A stretch of 62,037 bases of DNA, filler included, from Nitrospinae bacterium RIFCSPLOWO2_12_FULL_45_22 (GCA_001803565.1; 6 parts of 6 records of this genome joined end to end with filler, not necessarily neighbours in it); one strand, 5' to 3'; shown: positions 16,830 to 26,813, counted from the whole stretch's first letter. The notes: generated by a model not told the origin, from the sequence alone. Translations and numbers: made by a program.

Positions 16830-17870
16830 CTAGTTCGCCTCCGGCAATAATCCCTTCACCATCTCCTCAATAAGACTTATGGGATCATCATAATACTTTG
16901 ACTCAGGAGAAGGTTTTATCCTACTCCCCAGAGCAGATATAGCCATTTTTCTAATACCTTCTACCTCAGCCTTTTTGCTTCCATTCAGTAAGGCAAGGGT
17001 CTGGACTTTTTCATAGAGAGATAGGCCGGCCCTAACGCTCGCTCCTTGATCAAGCTCCTTACCCCAGGGTTCTTCCCTGGTAGCCCTCACTAGTTTAACA
17101 ATAGCATCCACAATCTTTCCCGGGAGTTCCACCCCATCAAATTTTAGGCCAAATTTCATCAATATGTCTCGCTCTCGTTCTGGTGTCTCGGGATAGCCCA
17201 TCTTAATCACATCAAACCGATCCAGGAGTACATCGGAAAGCTCTTCTACGCCGGCATGTTCCCTTGGGTTCATGGTAGCAATCATGATAAAATTTGCTGG
17301 ATAATCAACATCATACGGACCAATGGTAGCGCTCCCCTCTTCCAGTACCTGGAGTAAGGCATTCTGTAACTTTTCCGGTACCCGGTTCAACTCATCAAAG
17401 AACACTACCCCTCGATTACCTTTGAGTAGTTTTCCTGGGGTAAAGGCCCGATAATCCTGGGGACCATACTTGAATGCCTGGGTAGGATCAATGTCGCCCA
17501 GGAGATCTTCGGCCGTCAGGTCTGGAGACCCCTGGATCCGGACAAACCTCTTTACACCTGGCACTTCCTCACCCTCTATCTTCTCCCCTTTAGTTAGTTT
17601 CAACCTACACATAGGGCAAACCGGGTTCCCCGGCTCGCAGTGATAAAGGCAGCCCTTTACAGACATCAATGCGGGTAAGGTTGATGCCACATGTTTCGTA
17701 AGGGTAGTCTTGCCGATACCCGGTGGCCCTTCTATTAAAATATGATGGCCGGCCAGGATAGAGGCCAAAATTTTCTCCTTGGCTTCCTCCTGACCTACAA
17801 TAATATCTAATGGGTCCTTCTTCTTCTGAACCGCACTAAGAATAGCCTCCTTCATTCCTTCAATCAGCAT
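16830..17870 (-). CDS. AAA+ ATPase, ChlI/MoxR-like
   Basis: GPPGIGKT, RIQGSPDLT, FFDELNR, ATMNP, LLDRF; CLYHCEPGNPVCPMC insert. Confidence 0.88.
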   Translation of the reverse strand: MLIEGMKEAILSAVQKKKDPLDIIVGQEEAKEKILASILAGHHILIEGPPGIGKTTLTKHVASTLPALMSVKGCLYHCEPGNPVCPMCRLKLTKGEKIEGEEVPGVKRFVRIQGSPDLTAEDLLGDIDPTQAFKYGPQDYRAFTPGKLLKGNRGVVFFDELNRVPEKLQNALLQVLEEGSATIGPYDVDYPANFIMIATMNPREHAGVEELSDVLLDRFDVIKMGYPETPERERDILMKFGLKFDGVELPGKIVDAIVKLVRATREEPWGKELDQGASVRAGLSLYEKVQTLALLNGSKKAEVEGIRKMAISALGSRIKPSPESKYYDDPISLIEEMVKGLLPEAN

Positions 17871-17949
17871 GATTCTCCTCGCTCCTAAAAATCAATTGAT
17901 TAAAACTTTCCATAACTAAAACTAATCTCTCCTCATAAAACCTATCTAT

Positions 17950-18159
17950 TTAGCTGTGCTTGACAACTCCTTCCTTACTTAATACCCGGTAAACCAACAT
18001 CTTAACTTTCCGTTCCTCCTGCGCATCCATTTCCCGGCCACCGGTCTTAAATACCACCTCTATCTTATCCCCAACCTCACTTATACTTGCTAGTGTCCGG
18101 CGGGGGACGGCCTCTTTTATTGCCTGGCGCAATTCTTCAAACTCATCTGCCATGCTCAT
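17950..18159 (-). CDS. Small hypothetical protein, first gene of ACDS-like cluster
   Basis: RBS GGGGAGGA; 69 aa; directly downstream of promoter. Confidence 0.65.
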   Translation of the reverse strand: MSMADEFEELRQAIKEAVPRRTLASISEVGDKIEVVFKTGGREMDAQEERKVKMLVYRVLSKEGVVKHS

Positions 18160-18216
18160 TCCTCCCCTTAAAGATTCCTACTATAATAATTAAAGAAATT
18201 TCCAGAAGGTTTTTCC

Positions 18217-18234
18217 ATACTGAACGATTAGTAT
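18217..18234. promoter_or_regulatory. Imperfect palindrome, candidate repressor operator
   Basis: ATACTGAACGATTAGTAT (14/18 self-complementary) just downstream of the -10 box. Confidence 0.5.
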
Positions 18235-18236
18235 CC

Positions 18237-18265
18237 CTTATACCACGAAACTAAAATCTCGTCAA
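18237..18265 (-). promoter_or_regulatory. Sigma70-type promoter of the ACDS-like cluster
   Basis: TTGACG-N17-TATAAG with extended -10 TG. Confidence 0.6.
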
Positions 18266-18354
18266 CCCCAAAATTTTATTTTGCAGTTCTGAAAATTAAA
18301 AAATCTTGTAACTGTTTAGCCACAATAAGATGGAACACAAATTACACGAATATG

Positions 18355-19392
18355 CTAATAGCGCGAATGAAGCAAACCCGATAAAGCACCAAGTGCAATT
18401 TCTGAAACATGATCTGGATGAATGGAATGTAGACATATTGATTCGGGGCAGTTTTTCCTCTCCTGGAGACTACAGGGCCTACAAGGGGCCTGGCCTTGCA
18501 CGATATAGACTTGCCTTCCCAGGGGGGACCACACCTGCGGGTCTGTAGGCCCAAAAAGGGCTATCGTTGGTATAGCTAAGGCTGCTGCCAGATGGGTTAT
18601 GCCCGAGTCATTGCCGATATAGAGAGCACAGCGGGATAATAAAGCAGCGAGGAGCCTTAAAGGGAGCTCTTTAAAAACGACAGGGGACAACTCTCCCAGC
18701 CTCTCTTTTAGCAAGCCGAGGGCTTGCTCATCAGTTGGACCGCCAACAAGGCAAATCTTTATAGCTGCGCGCTCATTCAGTTTCAGGCATAGCTCGGCAA
18801 AATGTTCTGCTGGCCAGCACTTCTTTGGGCTACCGCTACCGGGATGGACAGCTACTGTGGGTTGCTCAAGAGGCATTATCTGTCCGGCTTCCCGAAGAAA
18901 CTGTTCGGCCCCATGCCTATCTTCTTCCCTCAGGTAAACCCGGGGGATGAGAGAACCAGTTAATTGCTGGTGGATACCCAAAGGCTTTAAGCTCCCTAAG
19001 AGATATTCCGTTATGGGGCGTTGCTCCTGAGGTGGAGGAAGGGGGGGGTAAGTAAAGAATAAGCCTGCGCCATTTTCTTTAAGGTTTTGTTCCAGGATAC
19101 CATATGGGTCTTGGGTATATGCCAGGACCCAGTCGAAACTGGCAAAATAATCCCGCCAATAAGGGGCCAACCGGCCTCGGGGTATATAGAGCTGCTCTAA
19201 ACCCGGTTGATCCCAGGATGAAACCTTATCCGCCATAGGAAACCCCTCTATGAGCGAAAGGTATTCTGCATTGCCTACTAACTCTATATAGGCCCCAGGC
19301 TGGTGGTGTCTGATAGCCTGGAGAACAGGGAGCATCATGAGACTATCCCCTACACCCCCTATCCGAATAACTAATACCCTTTTTGCCCTCAT
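18355..19392 (-). CDS. Glycosyltransferase family 9 (LPS heptosyltransferase-like)
   Basis: GGVGD, HPGSGSPKKCWP, GNDSGITHLAAAL, LFGPT. Confidence 0.9.
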   Translation of the reverse strand: MRAKRVLVIRIGGVGDSLMMLPVLQAIRHHQPGAYIELVGNAEYLSLIEGFPMADKVSSWDQPGLEQLYIPRGRLAPYWRDYFASFDWVLAYTQDPYGILEQNLKENGAGLFFTYPPLPPPQEQRPITEYLLGSLKPLGIHQQLTGSLIPRVYLREEDRHGAEQFLREAGQIMPLEQPTVAVHPGSGSPKKCWPAEHFAELCLKLNERAAIKICLVGGPTDEQALGLLKERLGELSPVVFKELPLRLLAALLSRCALYIGNDSGITHLAAALAIPTIALFGPTDPQVWSPLGRQVYIVQGQAPCRPCSLQERKNCPESICLHSIHPDHVSEIALGALSGLLHSRY

Positions 19393-19428
19393 GCTCCGGT
19401 TCTAAAGAGGCCGTTATCTTCCCTGGGC

Positions 19429-20025
19429 CTACCTCCCTCCTGATCGCAAGTCCCAGGCCGGCATTAGTGGTAACTGGATAAAGATATGGCCAGCAAGCGA
19501 TTCTTCCTCCCGGCCAGCTATCAGTATCTGAACCCTTTTTATGGCAGGAAAATTGTGACAAAGGGTATTGATGATGGCATAAGTAGTCAATAGTTCAGCT
19601 TCAGGCCCCGCCGGGTGGTCTGTGCTGATCTCTGCGCTGAAATCAACATAAGCTATGCCGTTGTCCAGGTCCAGAAAAACTCCCTGTAATTGGGTACGGG
19701 GAGATATTACCGGGGAAAGGTCCTGGTCCTGAGTGCCCTGGATTAATTGATGAAGACATTCCTTTACCTGATCGGCAATAGATGGATGCCCTTCTATCTC
19801 TCTTTCCTCCCCAACTAATAACCTTCCATTGCTATCGGCAAAGAATAAGGTTATTTTTTGGTTCTTCTCTTCCATAGGAGTGGGTGGGTAAGGGCCTTGA
19901 AGGGTATCGCCCTTCTCTTTGGGCCTATTTAGCGCAAAATAGATAGCCGAAACAATGGCAATGGAGATTATTAGAAACAGAGTGAGAAGTCTTTGGTTAG
20001 TTTTTTTGTGTTTGCGGGATCCCAT
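19429..20025 (-). CDS. GerMN domain membrane-anchored protein
   Basis: N-terminal TM helix; LIQG, AYVDFS, IINTL, VQILIAG, LAGH. Confidence 0.85.
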   Translation of the reverse strand: MGSRKHKKTNQRLLTLFLIISIAIVSAIYFALNRPKEKGDTLQGPYPPTPMEEKNQKITLFFADSNGRLLVGEEREIEGHPSIADQVKECLHQLIQGTQDQDLSPVISPRTQLQGVFLDLDNGIAYVDFSAEISTDHPAGPEAELLTTYAIINTLCHNFPAIKRVQILIAGREEESLAGHIFIQLPLMPAWDLRSGGR

Positions 20026-20103
20026 GGGGAATATACGTCTAATCTACAGTGACCGTCATTAGTCACTGGTCATTAATCATTAGGTTAAATCCTTTGACGT
20101 CGC

Positions 20104-20877
20104 CTATAGTTCGTCTCTATAATATTCTTCAATGGCATTCGAGAGGGCTTCGGCAATAGCTTGCCGATAGATTTTATCCCTCAGCTTATCCTCTTCGATA
20201 GGATTAGTGAGATAGCCCATCTCTACCAGTACCGATGGCATACGGGCCCCTATCAATACTGCCCAGGGTCCCCCTAAAATCCTGCCTGCATGAGTTGGCA
20301 GATAGAAAGCCTTGTTAAGTCTTTCCATTAATATTTGGGCGAGGCGTTGGCTGGCAGGGATAAACTCTTCTTGTCCCCTTAACCAGGAGGGTAGACTATC
20401 GGTTGGAGGCTGCTCTAGGGGCTCGCTATCAGCCACTGCGGTATTCATATAGAACATATTGAACCCCTGTCTGCGGGGATTGAAGGCCGCTCCCGTATGC
20501 AGGCTGATGAATAAGTCGGCCTTTCTGTTATTAGCCAGGGCTATCCTTTCTGTTAGGGAGAGGGAATAATCGCCTGATCTGGTAAGAAAGACCTCTATCC
20601 CTAAGCGTTGTTGCAAGATATCTCTTAAATATTTTGCCACCTCTAGAGTAACAACCTTTTCCGTTAAACCACCCTTTCCTCTGACCCCTAAGTCTTTGCC
20701 ACCATGACCTGGGTCTAAAAATATCTTTCGAGGAGCAGGAATATCCCGGGCGTTCACCGCTGAGATCGCAGAGAACGCTGCGATAAAGCACAAAAGCAAA
20801 CTAAAAGTGTAAAGTGCAAAATGTAAAGCTAATGAATAATTTCCATGATTTTGAGCTTTTCGCTCTAAGCTTTGCAT
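20104..20877 (-). CDS. N-acetylmuramoyl-L-alanine amidase (Amidase_3)
   Basis: LDPGHGG, EK, LTR, ADLFISLH, PSVLVEMGYLTN; start uncertain (lies within a repeat). Confidence 0.88.
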   Translation of the reverse strand: MQSLERKAQNHGNYSLALHFALYTFSLLLCFIAAFSAISAVNARDIPAPRKIFLDPGHGGKDLGVRGKGGLTEKVVTLEVAKYLRDILQQRLGIEVFLTRSGDYSLSLTERIALANNRKADLFISLHTGAAFNPRRQGFNMFYMNTAVADSEPLEQPPTDSLPSWLRGQEEFIPASQRLAQILMERLNKAFYLPTHAGRILGGPWAVLIGARMPSVLVEMGYLTNPIEEDKLRDKIYRQAIAEALSNAIEEYYRDEL

Positions 20878-20926
20878 TTTAACTCTGTTTTCTCTGCGTG
20901 CTCTGTGGTAAGCGGTTATCTAACTT

Positions 20927-21736
20927 TTATCCTGGAGTGCTGTCACGGGTGGCGGCCTTTAGCTGGGCGATAAACTTGCCTACCCTACCTACCAGGTTAG
21001 GTCTAGCCAGGTTATCCTCTATCAACTTTATGACCGCACTGCCTACAATCACCCCATCAACCCATGATGCTACTGACCTGACATGCTCAGGAGAAGAAAT
21101 ACCAAATCCCACTGCAATAGGCATATTAGTAAGAGCCCTGATATTCTGGAGGGAAGGAGTCACGTCCTGGGCGATATTATCCCTCTCCCCGGTAACACCC
21201 ATAAGGGAAACGTAATAGAGAAATCCACTACCCTTTTGGGCGATAAGTTGGACCCGTCTATCTGGTGTGGTAGGGGCAAGTAGATATATAGCTGCTAGCC
21301 CTGCCTCCTCGGCCAGGCTCTGCAAAAACTCACCTTCTTCGGGAGGTAGATCGGGTACAATCAAACCGTCCACTCCCGCCTGGGCGGCCTGCTGAACAAA
21401 TGATGCCTCTCCCATCCTATAGATCAAGTTGTAGTAGGACATTATTATCAGGGGGATGTCTGTTTCCTCCCTCAATTCCCTCACTAGCTTTAGAACATCT
21501 TTCAAAGTTGTATGGCTCTTTAATCCCCGCAGATAGGCCTTTTGGATAGTAGGGCCATCTGCCAACGGGTCAGAGAAAGGTATGCCCAGCTCAATCATAT
21601 CCGCCCCTTGTCGCTCCATTCCCAGGATAAGGGCCTTGGTCAAAGGCAACGAAGGGTCCCCGGCCGCTATAAATGGTATCAGGGCCTTTTCCCGTTGATT
21701 TTTTAACTGCTTAAACTTTTCTTCAATCCTCTTCAT
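20927..21736 (-). CDS. trpA: Tryptophan synthase alpha subunit
   Basis: [27 protein letters not shown]. Confidence 0.97.
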   Translation of the reverse strand: MKRIEEKFKQLKNQREKALIPFIAAGDPSLPLTKALILGMERQGADMIELGIPFSDPLADGPTIQKAYLRGLKSHTTLKDVLKLVRELREETDIPLIIMSYYNLIYRMGEASFVQQAAQAGVDGLIVPDLPPEEGEFLQSLAEEAGLAAIYLLAPTTPDRRVQLIAQKGSGFLYYVSLMGVTGERDNIAQDVTPSLQNIRALTNMPIAVGFGISSPEHVRSVASWVDGVIVGSAVIKLIEDNLARPNLVGRVGKFIAQLKAATRDSTPG

Positions 21737-22932
21737 TGACTTAAGAGTTTTTCGACTTGTTGGACATCTTTATCTCCCCGGCCAGAGAGGCAGATCAAGA
21801 TGCTTTGCTCTTTTTGCAGGCCAGGGGCTAGCTTTCTCGCATAAGCAATAGCATGGGCCGACTCTAAAGCCGGTATAATACCTTCCAGTCTTGATAGCCA
21901 GCAGAATCCTTCGAGGGCTTCTTTATCGGTAACACTAACATATTCTATCCGACCTATTTGCTTATAATAGCTATGTTCCGGCCCTACTCCAGGGTAGTCT
22001 AACCCGGCGGAGACAGAATGGGTAGGAGATATCTGGCCATGCTCGTCCTGGAGCAGATAGCTGAGGCTACCGTGGAGTATACCAATAGTACCCTTAGCCA
22101 GGGTAGCACCATGCTTATTTGACTCCGGGCCTAACCCACCAGCTTCTACCCCTACCAGCTTGACCGTCGTATCCGAGATAAAGGGATAAAAAAGACCTAT
22201 GGCATTGCTCCCCCCGCCTACACAGGCCAGGCAATAATCGGGTAACCTACCTTCTCTGGTCAGGAATTGCTCCCGGGCCTCTTGGCCAATAACTGATTGA
22301 AACTCCCTTACCATCATCGGATAGGGATGGGGGCCTACAACCGACCCAATAATATAATGGGTATCCCGAACTGTTGCTACCCAATCCCTCAGGGTCTCAT
22401 TAATAGCATCCTTCAGGGTACGGCTACCGGAAGCTACCGGTATGACCTGAGCGCCTAGAAGCCTCATACGAAACACATTGAGGGCCTGCCGCTCCATATC
22501 TTCTTCACCCATATAGATATCGCATTTAAGGCCAAACAATGCCGCTGCCGTTGCTGTAGCAACACCATGCTGTCCAGCGCCGGTCTCGGCAATCACCCGG
22601 CTCTTCCCCATCCGCTTGGTCAGGAGGGCCTGGGCCAGGGTATTGTTTATCTTATGGGCTCCGGTATGGTTCAGGTCTTCTCGCTTCAAATATATCTTCA
22701 CCCCCCCCAATTCTTCAGTGAGCCGTCGGGCATAATAGAGCGGTGTAGGCCGACCGGCATAGTACCGTAGATAATCCTTTAAAGTAGCTTGAAATTCCTG
22801 ATCGGATTTCGCCGCACAGTATGCTGCTTCTAGCTCCTCCAAAGGGGTCATAAGGGTCTCTGGGACAAATTTTCCCCCAAAGAGTCCGAAATGCCCCCGG
22901 CTATCCGGTAATGGTTGCGCCATATTTGTCAT
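21733..22932 (-). CDS. trpB: Tryptophan synthase beta subunit
   Basis: [37 protein letters not shown]. Confidence 0.98.
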   Translation of the reverse strand: MTNMAQPLPDSRGHFGLFGGKFVPETLMTPLEELEAAYCAAKSDQEFQATLKDYLRYYAGRPTPLYYARRLTEELGGVKIYLKREDLNHTGAHKINNTLAQALLTKRMGKSRVIAETGAGQHGVATATAAALFGLKCDIYMGEEDMERQALNVFRMRLLGAQVIPVASGSRTLKDAINETLRDWVATVRDTHYIIGSVVGPHPYPMMVREFQSVIGQEAREQFLTREGRLPDYCLACVGGGSNAIGLFYPFISDTTVKLVGVEAGGLGPESNKHGATLAKGTIGILHGSLSYLLQDEHGQISPTHSVSAGLDYPGVGPEHSYYKQIGRIEYVSVTDKEALEGFCWLSRLEGIIPALESAHAIAYARKLAPGLQKEQSILICLSGRGDKDVQQVEKLLSQ

Positions 22933-23065
22933 TAGCCTCTATCCCTTAAAATAAGGGAACAACCTCCTTATACTTTATCTCTATTTACAATGACAGAACA
23001 AAAGAATCTTATCAGAGTTTGGATGATAATTTTGCGCCATGTTATAACGTCATGTTATAAGAAGT

Positions 23066-23902
23066 TCAAAGCCCCTTCACTAAATCAACTAGACATTGAT
23101 AAATTGATTTTGGCCCATGCCCAATTATTTTACTGTGTCTTTTCTCAATTCTAGTCTGACAAAAATTTACACCAGAGAATATAATGTCCCTATAGACATT
23201 CTCTATCACAAATGCTTCTAAGTTTGGAGCCATCGAAAACTTAGTACGCCAAATTCCTCCGCCACTCATCCCCCTAACATCTTCTGGTATTTGTTCGCCT
23301 TCCTCAAGATTCAAATCCAACGCCAAATAATCCCACCCATCTCTTTCATATTTTTCCTTAAGTTCAGTACAATATACCAAAGAGGGGGCCTTCCTTTTCT
23401 CTCTGCCTAATAGCTTGCTGGGACTTCCAAAGGTAGCCCAATAACCGTCATCACCATATAAATCATATCCTTGATCGGTAAGGCGTTTATCTATTGAATA
23501 AAATATCTTTCCATAATCCTCAAAGACGGGGCCCTCATTGGGCGGTAGGCATATGAAGACAATATCAGGAACCTCACAGTCGTATATAGTACCATGAATA
23601 GGAGGGTAAATAGCTTTTAAATAACCTTTTTTCAAAGTATGTAAGCCATTCCTCATAATTATTTTTATTTCTTGGTGTTTTTCTACCAGATTGAACCAGA
23701 CATGCCTTGCGCTCACTATTCCATAAGATTGATCAATCTTACATAGAGTTCCGGAACATGGAATAACATCTGAATCATCTCCATCGGAAATCAGCATAAC
23801 AACCGAATAAACTCTTATGTGTTTATTAACTTCCTTTTCAAAGGCGGGTGGTAATTCGCCAATTTGAATCTCCTTGAATTTTTTATCGCTTTCGATGTCC
23901 AT
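23066..23902 (-). CDS. Trypsin-like serine protease domain protein inserted in trp operon
   Basis: CSGTL..SARHV, DIVF, GMSGGG triad-like motifs; visibly AT-rich. Confidence 0.6.
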   Translation of the reverse strand: MDIESDKKFKEIQIGELPPAFEKEVNKHIRVYSVVMLISDGDDSDVIPCSGTLCKIDQSYGIVSARHVWFNLVEKHQEIKIIMRNGLHTLKKGYLKAIYPPIHGTIYDCEVPDIVFICLPPNEGPVFEDYGKIFYSIDKRLTDQGYDLYGDDGYWATFGSPSKLLGREKRKAPSLVYCTELKEKYERDGWDYLALDLNLEEGEQIPEDVRGMSGGGIWRTKFSMAPNLEAFVIENVYRDIIFSGVNFCQTRIEKRHSKIIGHGPKSIYQCLVDLVKGL

Positions 23903-23946
23903 GTTTCTTTTGTAGATACTAAAATTATCCGTTAGATCTGGCTCAA

Positions 23947-24582
23947 CTATTTTGCTTCTTCACTCGCCCCATTGGCTTCTTTTACGAACCTCTTCATCAG
24001 GGTTTTATCTTTTTTGCCGAGACTCAGTTCTACGCCGGTGCTAACATCTACGGCATAAGGCTGCACTTCGATTACTGCCTGTCGGACATTTTCAGGCGAG
24101 AGACCACCAGCCAGGATAATGCGCCCATAGGCCTTTGCCTGTTTAGCAAGGTTCCAATCAAAAGATCGCCCTGTGCCGCCCGGTATCTTTTCAGAATAGC
24201 TATCCAGTAGTAAGGCACTAACTGTATTATTAGAATAAGGTAACAGGGTTGCTAAGTCCTCTTCGCTGCGCAGGCGAAAGGCTTTAATAACGGGTTTAGG
24301 CACTTGCTTACAGAGGTCAGTAGACTCATGACCATGTAGTTGCACTACCACTATGCGACATAATTCACTTATTTGAATAATGTTATCCAACTTTTCGTCA
24401 ACAAAGACCCCTACCTTTGTAACAAAGGGGGGCAGTTGTCCTATCCATTGCCGCAATATTTCAGGTGGAATATAGCGGGGGCTTGGAGGATAAAAGACAA
24501 ACCCCAGAGCATCAGCCCCAGCCTCTATCGCATCAAGGGCATCGTCTAAATTAGTTATACCACAAATCTTTACTTTTATCAT
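23947..24582 (-). CDS. trpF: Phosphoribosylanthranilate isomerase
   Basis: VKICGIT, QLHGHE, GGTG, LAGGL, VDVSTGVE. Confidence 0.95.
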   Translation of the reverse strand: MIKVKICGITNLDDALDAIEAGADALGFVFYPPSPRYIPPEILRQWIGQLPPFVTKVGVFVDEKLDNIIQISELCRIVVVQLHGHESTDLCKQVPKPVIKAFRLRSEEDLATLLPYSNNTVSALLLDSYSEKIPGGTGRSFDWNLAKQAKAYGRIILAGGLSPENVRQAVIEVQPYAVDVSTGVELSLGKKDKTLMKRFVKEANGASEEAK

Positions 24583-24620
24583 AACCTTGGCCCCGGGCAA
24601 TTTTCGGTGAACATCTTCCT

Positions 24621-24722
24621 GAGATTGCTTCGTCGGGTTCCCTCACTTACGCTCGGGACAAGCCTCGCCATGACATTACGAAACCTCCTTTTCATGTCAT
24701 TGCGAGCAAAGCGAAGCAATCT
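24621..24722. repeat. Palindromic intergenic repeat, same family as 11717-11833
   Basis: GAGATTGCTTCGTCG...CTCGCCATGACA...TGTCATTGCGAG...GAAGCAATCT. Confidence 0.8.
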
Positions 24723-24737
24723 TATTCCCTTGTTATT

Positions 24738-25109
24738 TCAGCAGGAATTGCTGCTTTGCCCTTGACCCAGGAGTTCCTGGAGTTTATTCTTTATGCCTTC
24801 GGCACGCATCAATATCTCGCCAACGAGAAAGGCCCTTACCCCCCAGGACTCTAACCTTACAATATCCTCCCGGGTCTTTATACCGCTCTCGCTGATGATA
24901 ATTTTTGTTGAAGGGATATTTTTTATTAGGCACTGAGTAGTGGAGATATCGGTCTTCATGGTTAATAGGTCCCGGTTATTGATACCGATAAGGGTAGCCG
25001 GGGTAGACAGGGCCTTGTCCAGGTCTGGTTGAGAATGGACTTCTACTAATGGCTCTAAGCCTATACCCGAGCATAGCTCTACTAAGTCTTTCAATTGTCC
25101 GGGTTCTAA
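24738..25109 (-). CDS. trpC: Indole-3-glycerol phosphate synthase, C-terminal part (contig edge)
   Basis: LVEVH, IGINNRDL, SESGI, FLVGE. Confidence 0.92.
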   Translation of the reverse strand, partial: LEPGQLKDLVELCSGIGLEPLVEVHSQPDLDKALSTPATLIGINNRDLLTMKTDISTTQCLIKNIPSTKIIISESGIKTREDIVRLESWGVRAFLVGEILMRAEGIKNKLQELLGQGQSSNSC

Positions 25110-25209
25110 NNNNNNNNNNNNNNNNNNNNNNNNNNNNNNNNNNNNNNNNNNNNTTAATTAATTAANNNNNNNNNNNNNNNNNNNNNNNNNNNNNNNNNNN
25201 NNNNNNNNN
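25110..25209. other. Artificial contig linker
   Basis: N-run, TTAATTAATTAA (stops in six frames), N-run. Confidence 0.97.
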
Positions 25210-25221
25210 GGTGATATACAA

Positions 25222-25422
25222 ATGAATACGGTGCAAGAAATTGAAAAAGCAATTACTCAGCTATCTAAAGATGACTTAATGGTTTTGATGGAATGGTTTG
25301 AGGAGTTTGAGGCAAAAATGTGGGATAAGCAGTTTGAGGAGGATGTCCAATCAGGGAAACTTGAGAAAATAGCCAATAAAGCTATAGCGGACTTTCGGGC
25401 TGGTAAGTGCAAAGAGCTATGA
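25222..25422 (+). CDS. Putative type II antitoxin
   Basis: 66 aa acidic (WDKQFEEDV..GKLE); ATGA overlap with toxin. Confidence 0.7.
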   Translation: MNTVQEIEKAITQLSKDDLMVLMEWFEEFEAKMWDKQFEEDVQSGKLEKIANKAIADFRAGKCKEL

Positions 25423-25658
25423 AACATTTTGCTAATCCGTCATTTTGGACTTGCTATAAAAAACTACCAGCATCTGTTCAGGATTTGGCAGATAAGAATT
25501 TTGAGCTTATGAAAACCAACCCTAAGCACCCTTCTTTACATCTCAAGAAAGTTGGTAAGTACTGGTCAGTTAGAGTGGGTAGAAAATACCGAGCTGTTGG
25601 AGTAGAAATTGATAAGGGGTTAATCTGGAATGGGCAGTCGCGTGAACTGGGCATCTAA
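25419..25658 (+). CDS. RelE/ParE-like toxin, C-terminus possibly truncated
   Basis: MKH...FW..Y..LP..Q..ADK.F, HPSLHLKKV, WSVRVG..YRA. Confidence 0.7.
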   Translation: MKHFANPSFWTCYKKLPASVQDLADKNFELMKTNPKHPSLHLKKVGKYWSVRVGRKYRAVGVEIDKGLIWNGQSRELGI

Positions 25659-25838
25659 CAACAGCCCACCCCAACTCTTACCTACCTAAAACTAGACCAA
25701 CATCCTAATTGCTGATATTCTTACTCTCAAAAGACCTTTGACCGAGAATTGCTGGCTTTTTTATCCTTGACTTTACTTCCCTAATTGATTAACATCTTTT
25801 CGGTTTCAGATGCAGAGAGAATTCTTCGGAGAGATGCG

Positions 25839-26813
25839 ATGAGATTTCAGGAGACATTAGAGCTTTTAACAAACAATTTATCCCAGGTAGAAAGGGCGAT
25901 AAGGAATTATGCAGTTTCCGACGTATCTCTGATACCGGTAATTACTAATTATTTAGCTGATGGAGGGGGGAAGCGGATAAGGCCCATATTAGTATTAATA
26001 TGTTCTAGACTTTGTGGATATCAAGAAGAAAAAGATATTATCCATTCTTGCATAGTAGAGTTTATCCATACTGCTACTCTCCTTCATGATGATGTAATAG
26101 ATGGTTCAGAACTGCGGCGGGGTAACCCCTCAGTAAATTCCCGCTGGGGTGAGGAGACTAGCATTTTATTAGGGGATTATCTCTTTTCCAAGTCCTTTTG
26201 CCTATTGGCTAAACATAGTAATTTTCGAGTGATGGAGTCCCTGTCTAAAGCCTCCCTGAATATGGCTGAAGGAGAAATATCTCAACTAATTAATAGCTGC
26301 AACTTATCCACCCCAGAGGGAGAATATATGGAGGTTATCCGGCGAAAGACGGCCGAGCTCATCGCCTCATGTTGCCAGATAGGCGCTATCTTAGGGGAGG
26401 CGCCACTGTTGCAGGAAAAGGCATTGACCAATTTTGGCCTCAAGATCGGCACAACTTTTCAATTGGTGGATGATGTATTAGACTATTCCGCAGAAGAGAA
26501 AAAATTAGGAAAATCTATCGGCAAAGATTTTAGGGAGGGTAAAGTAACTTTGCCATTGATCCGTCTATATAATCGGTGTTCCGCTGGAGAGAGGAACTGG
26601 ATAGAAGATTACTTAGGAAACAAATATATTAAACCAGAAGAGTTGGGCTACTTACTTAAAATGATGGACAGCTATGGGGCCCTAGAATCTACTATGGAAC
26701 TAGCTAAGTCCTATGTTGAATCGGCTAAAGAAGAACTAAAAGTTTTTCCTGACTCCCTTTATCTAGAAGCCTTAACTTCAGTAGCCGATTATATTGTAAG
26801 TAGGGATTATTGA
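25839..26813 (+). CDS. Polyprenyl diphosphate synthase
   Basis: [35 protein letters not shown]. Confidence 0.93.
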   Translation: MRFQETLELLTNNLSQVERAIRNYAVSDVSLIPVITNYLADGGGKRIRPILVLICSRLCGYQEEKDIIHSCIVEFIHTATLLHDDVIDGSELRRGNPSVNSRWGEETSILLGDYLFSKSFCLLAKHSNFRVMESLSKASLNMAEGEISQLINSCNLSTPEGEYMEVIRRKTAELIASCCQIGAILGEAPLLQEKALTNFGLKIGTTFQLVDDVLDYSAEEKKLGKSIGKDFREGKVTLPLIRLYNRCSAGERNWIEDYLGNKYIKPEELGYLLKMMDSYGALESTMELAKSYVESAKEELKVFPDSLYLEALTSVADYIVSRDY

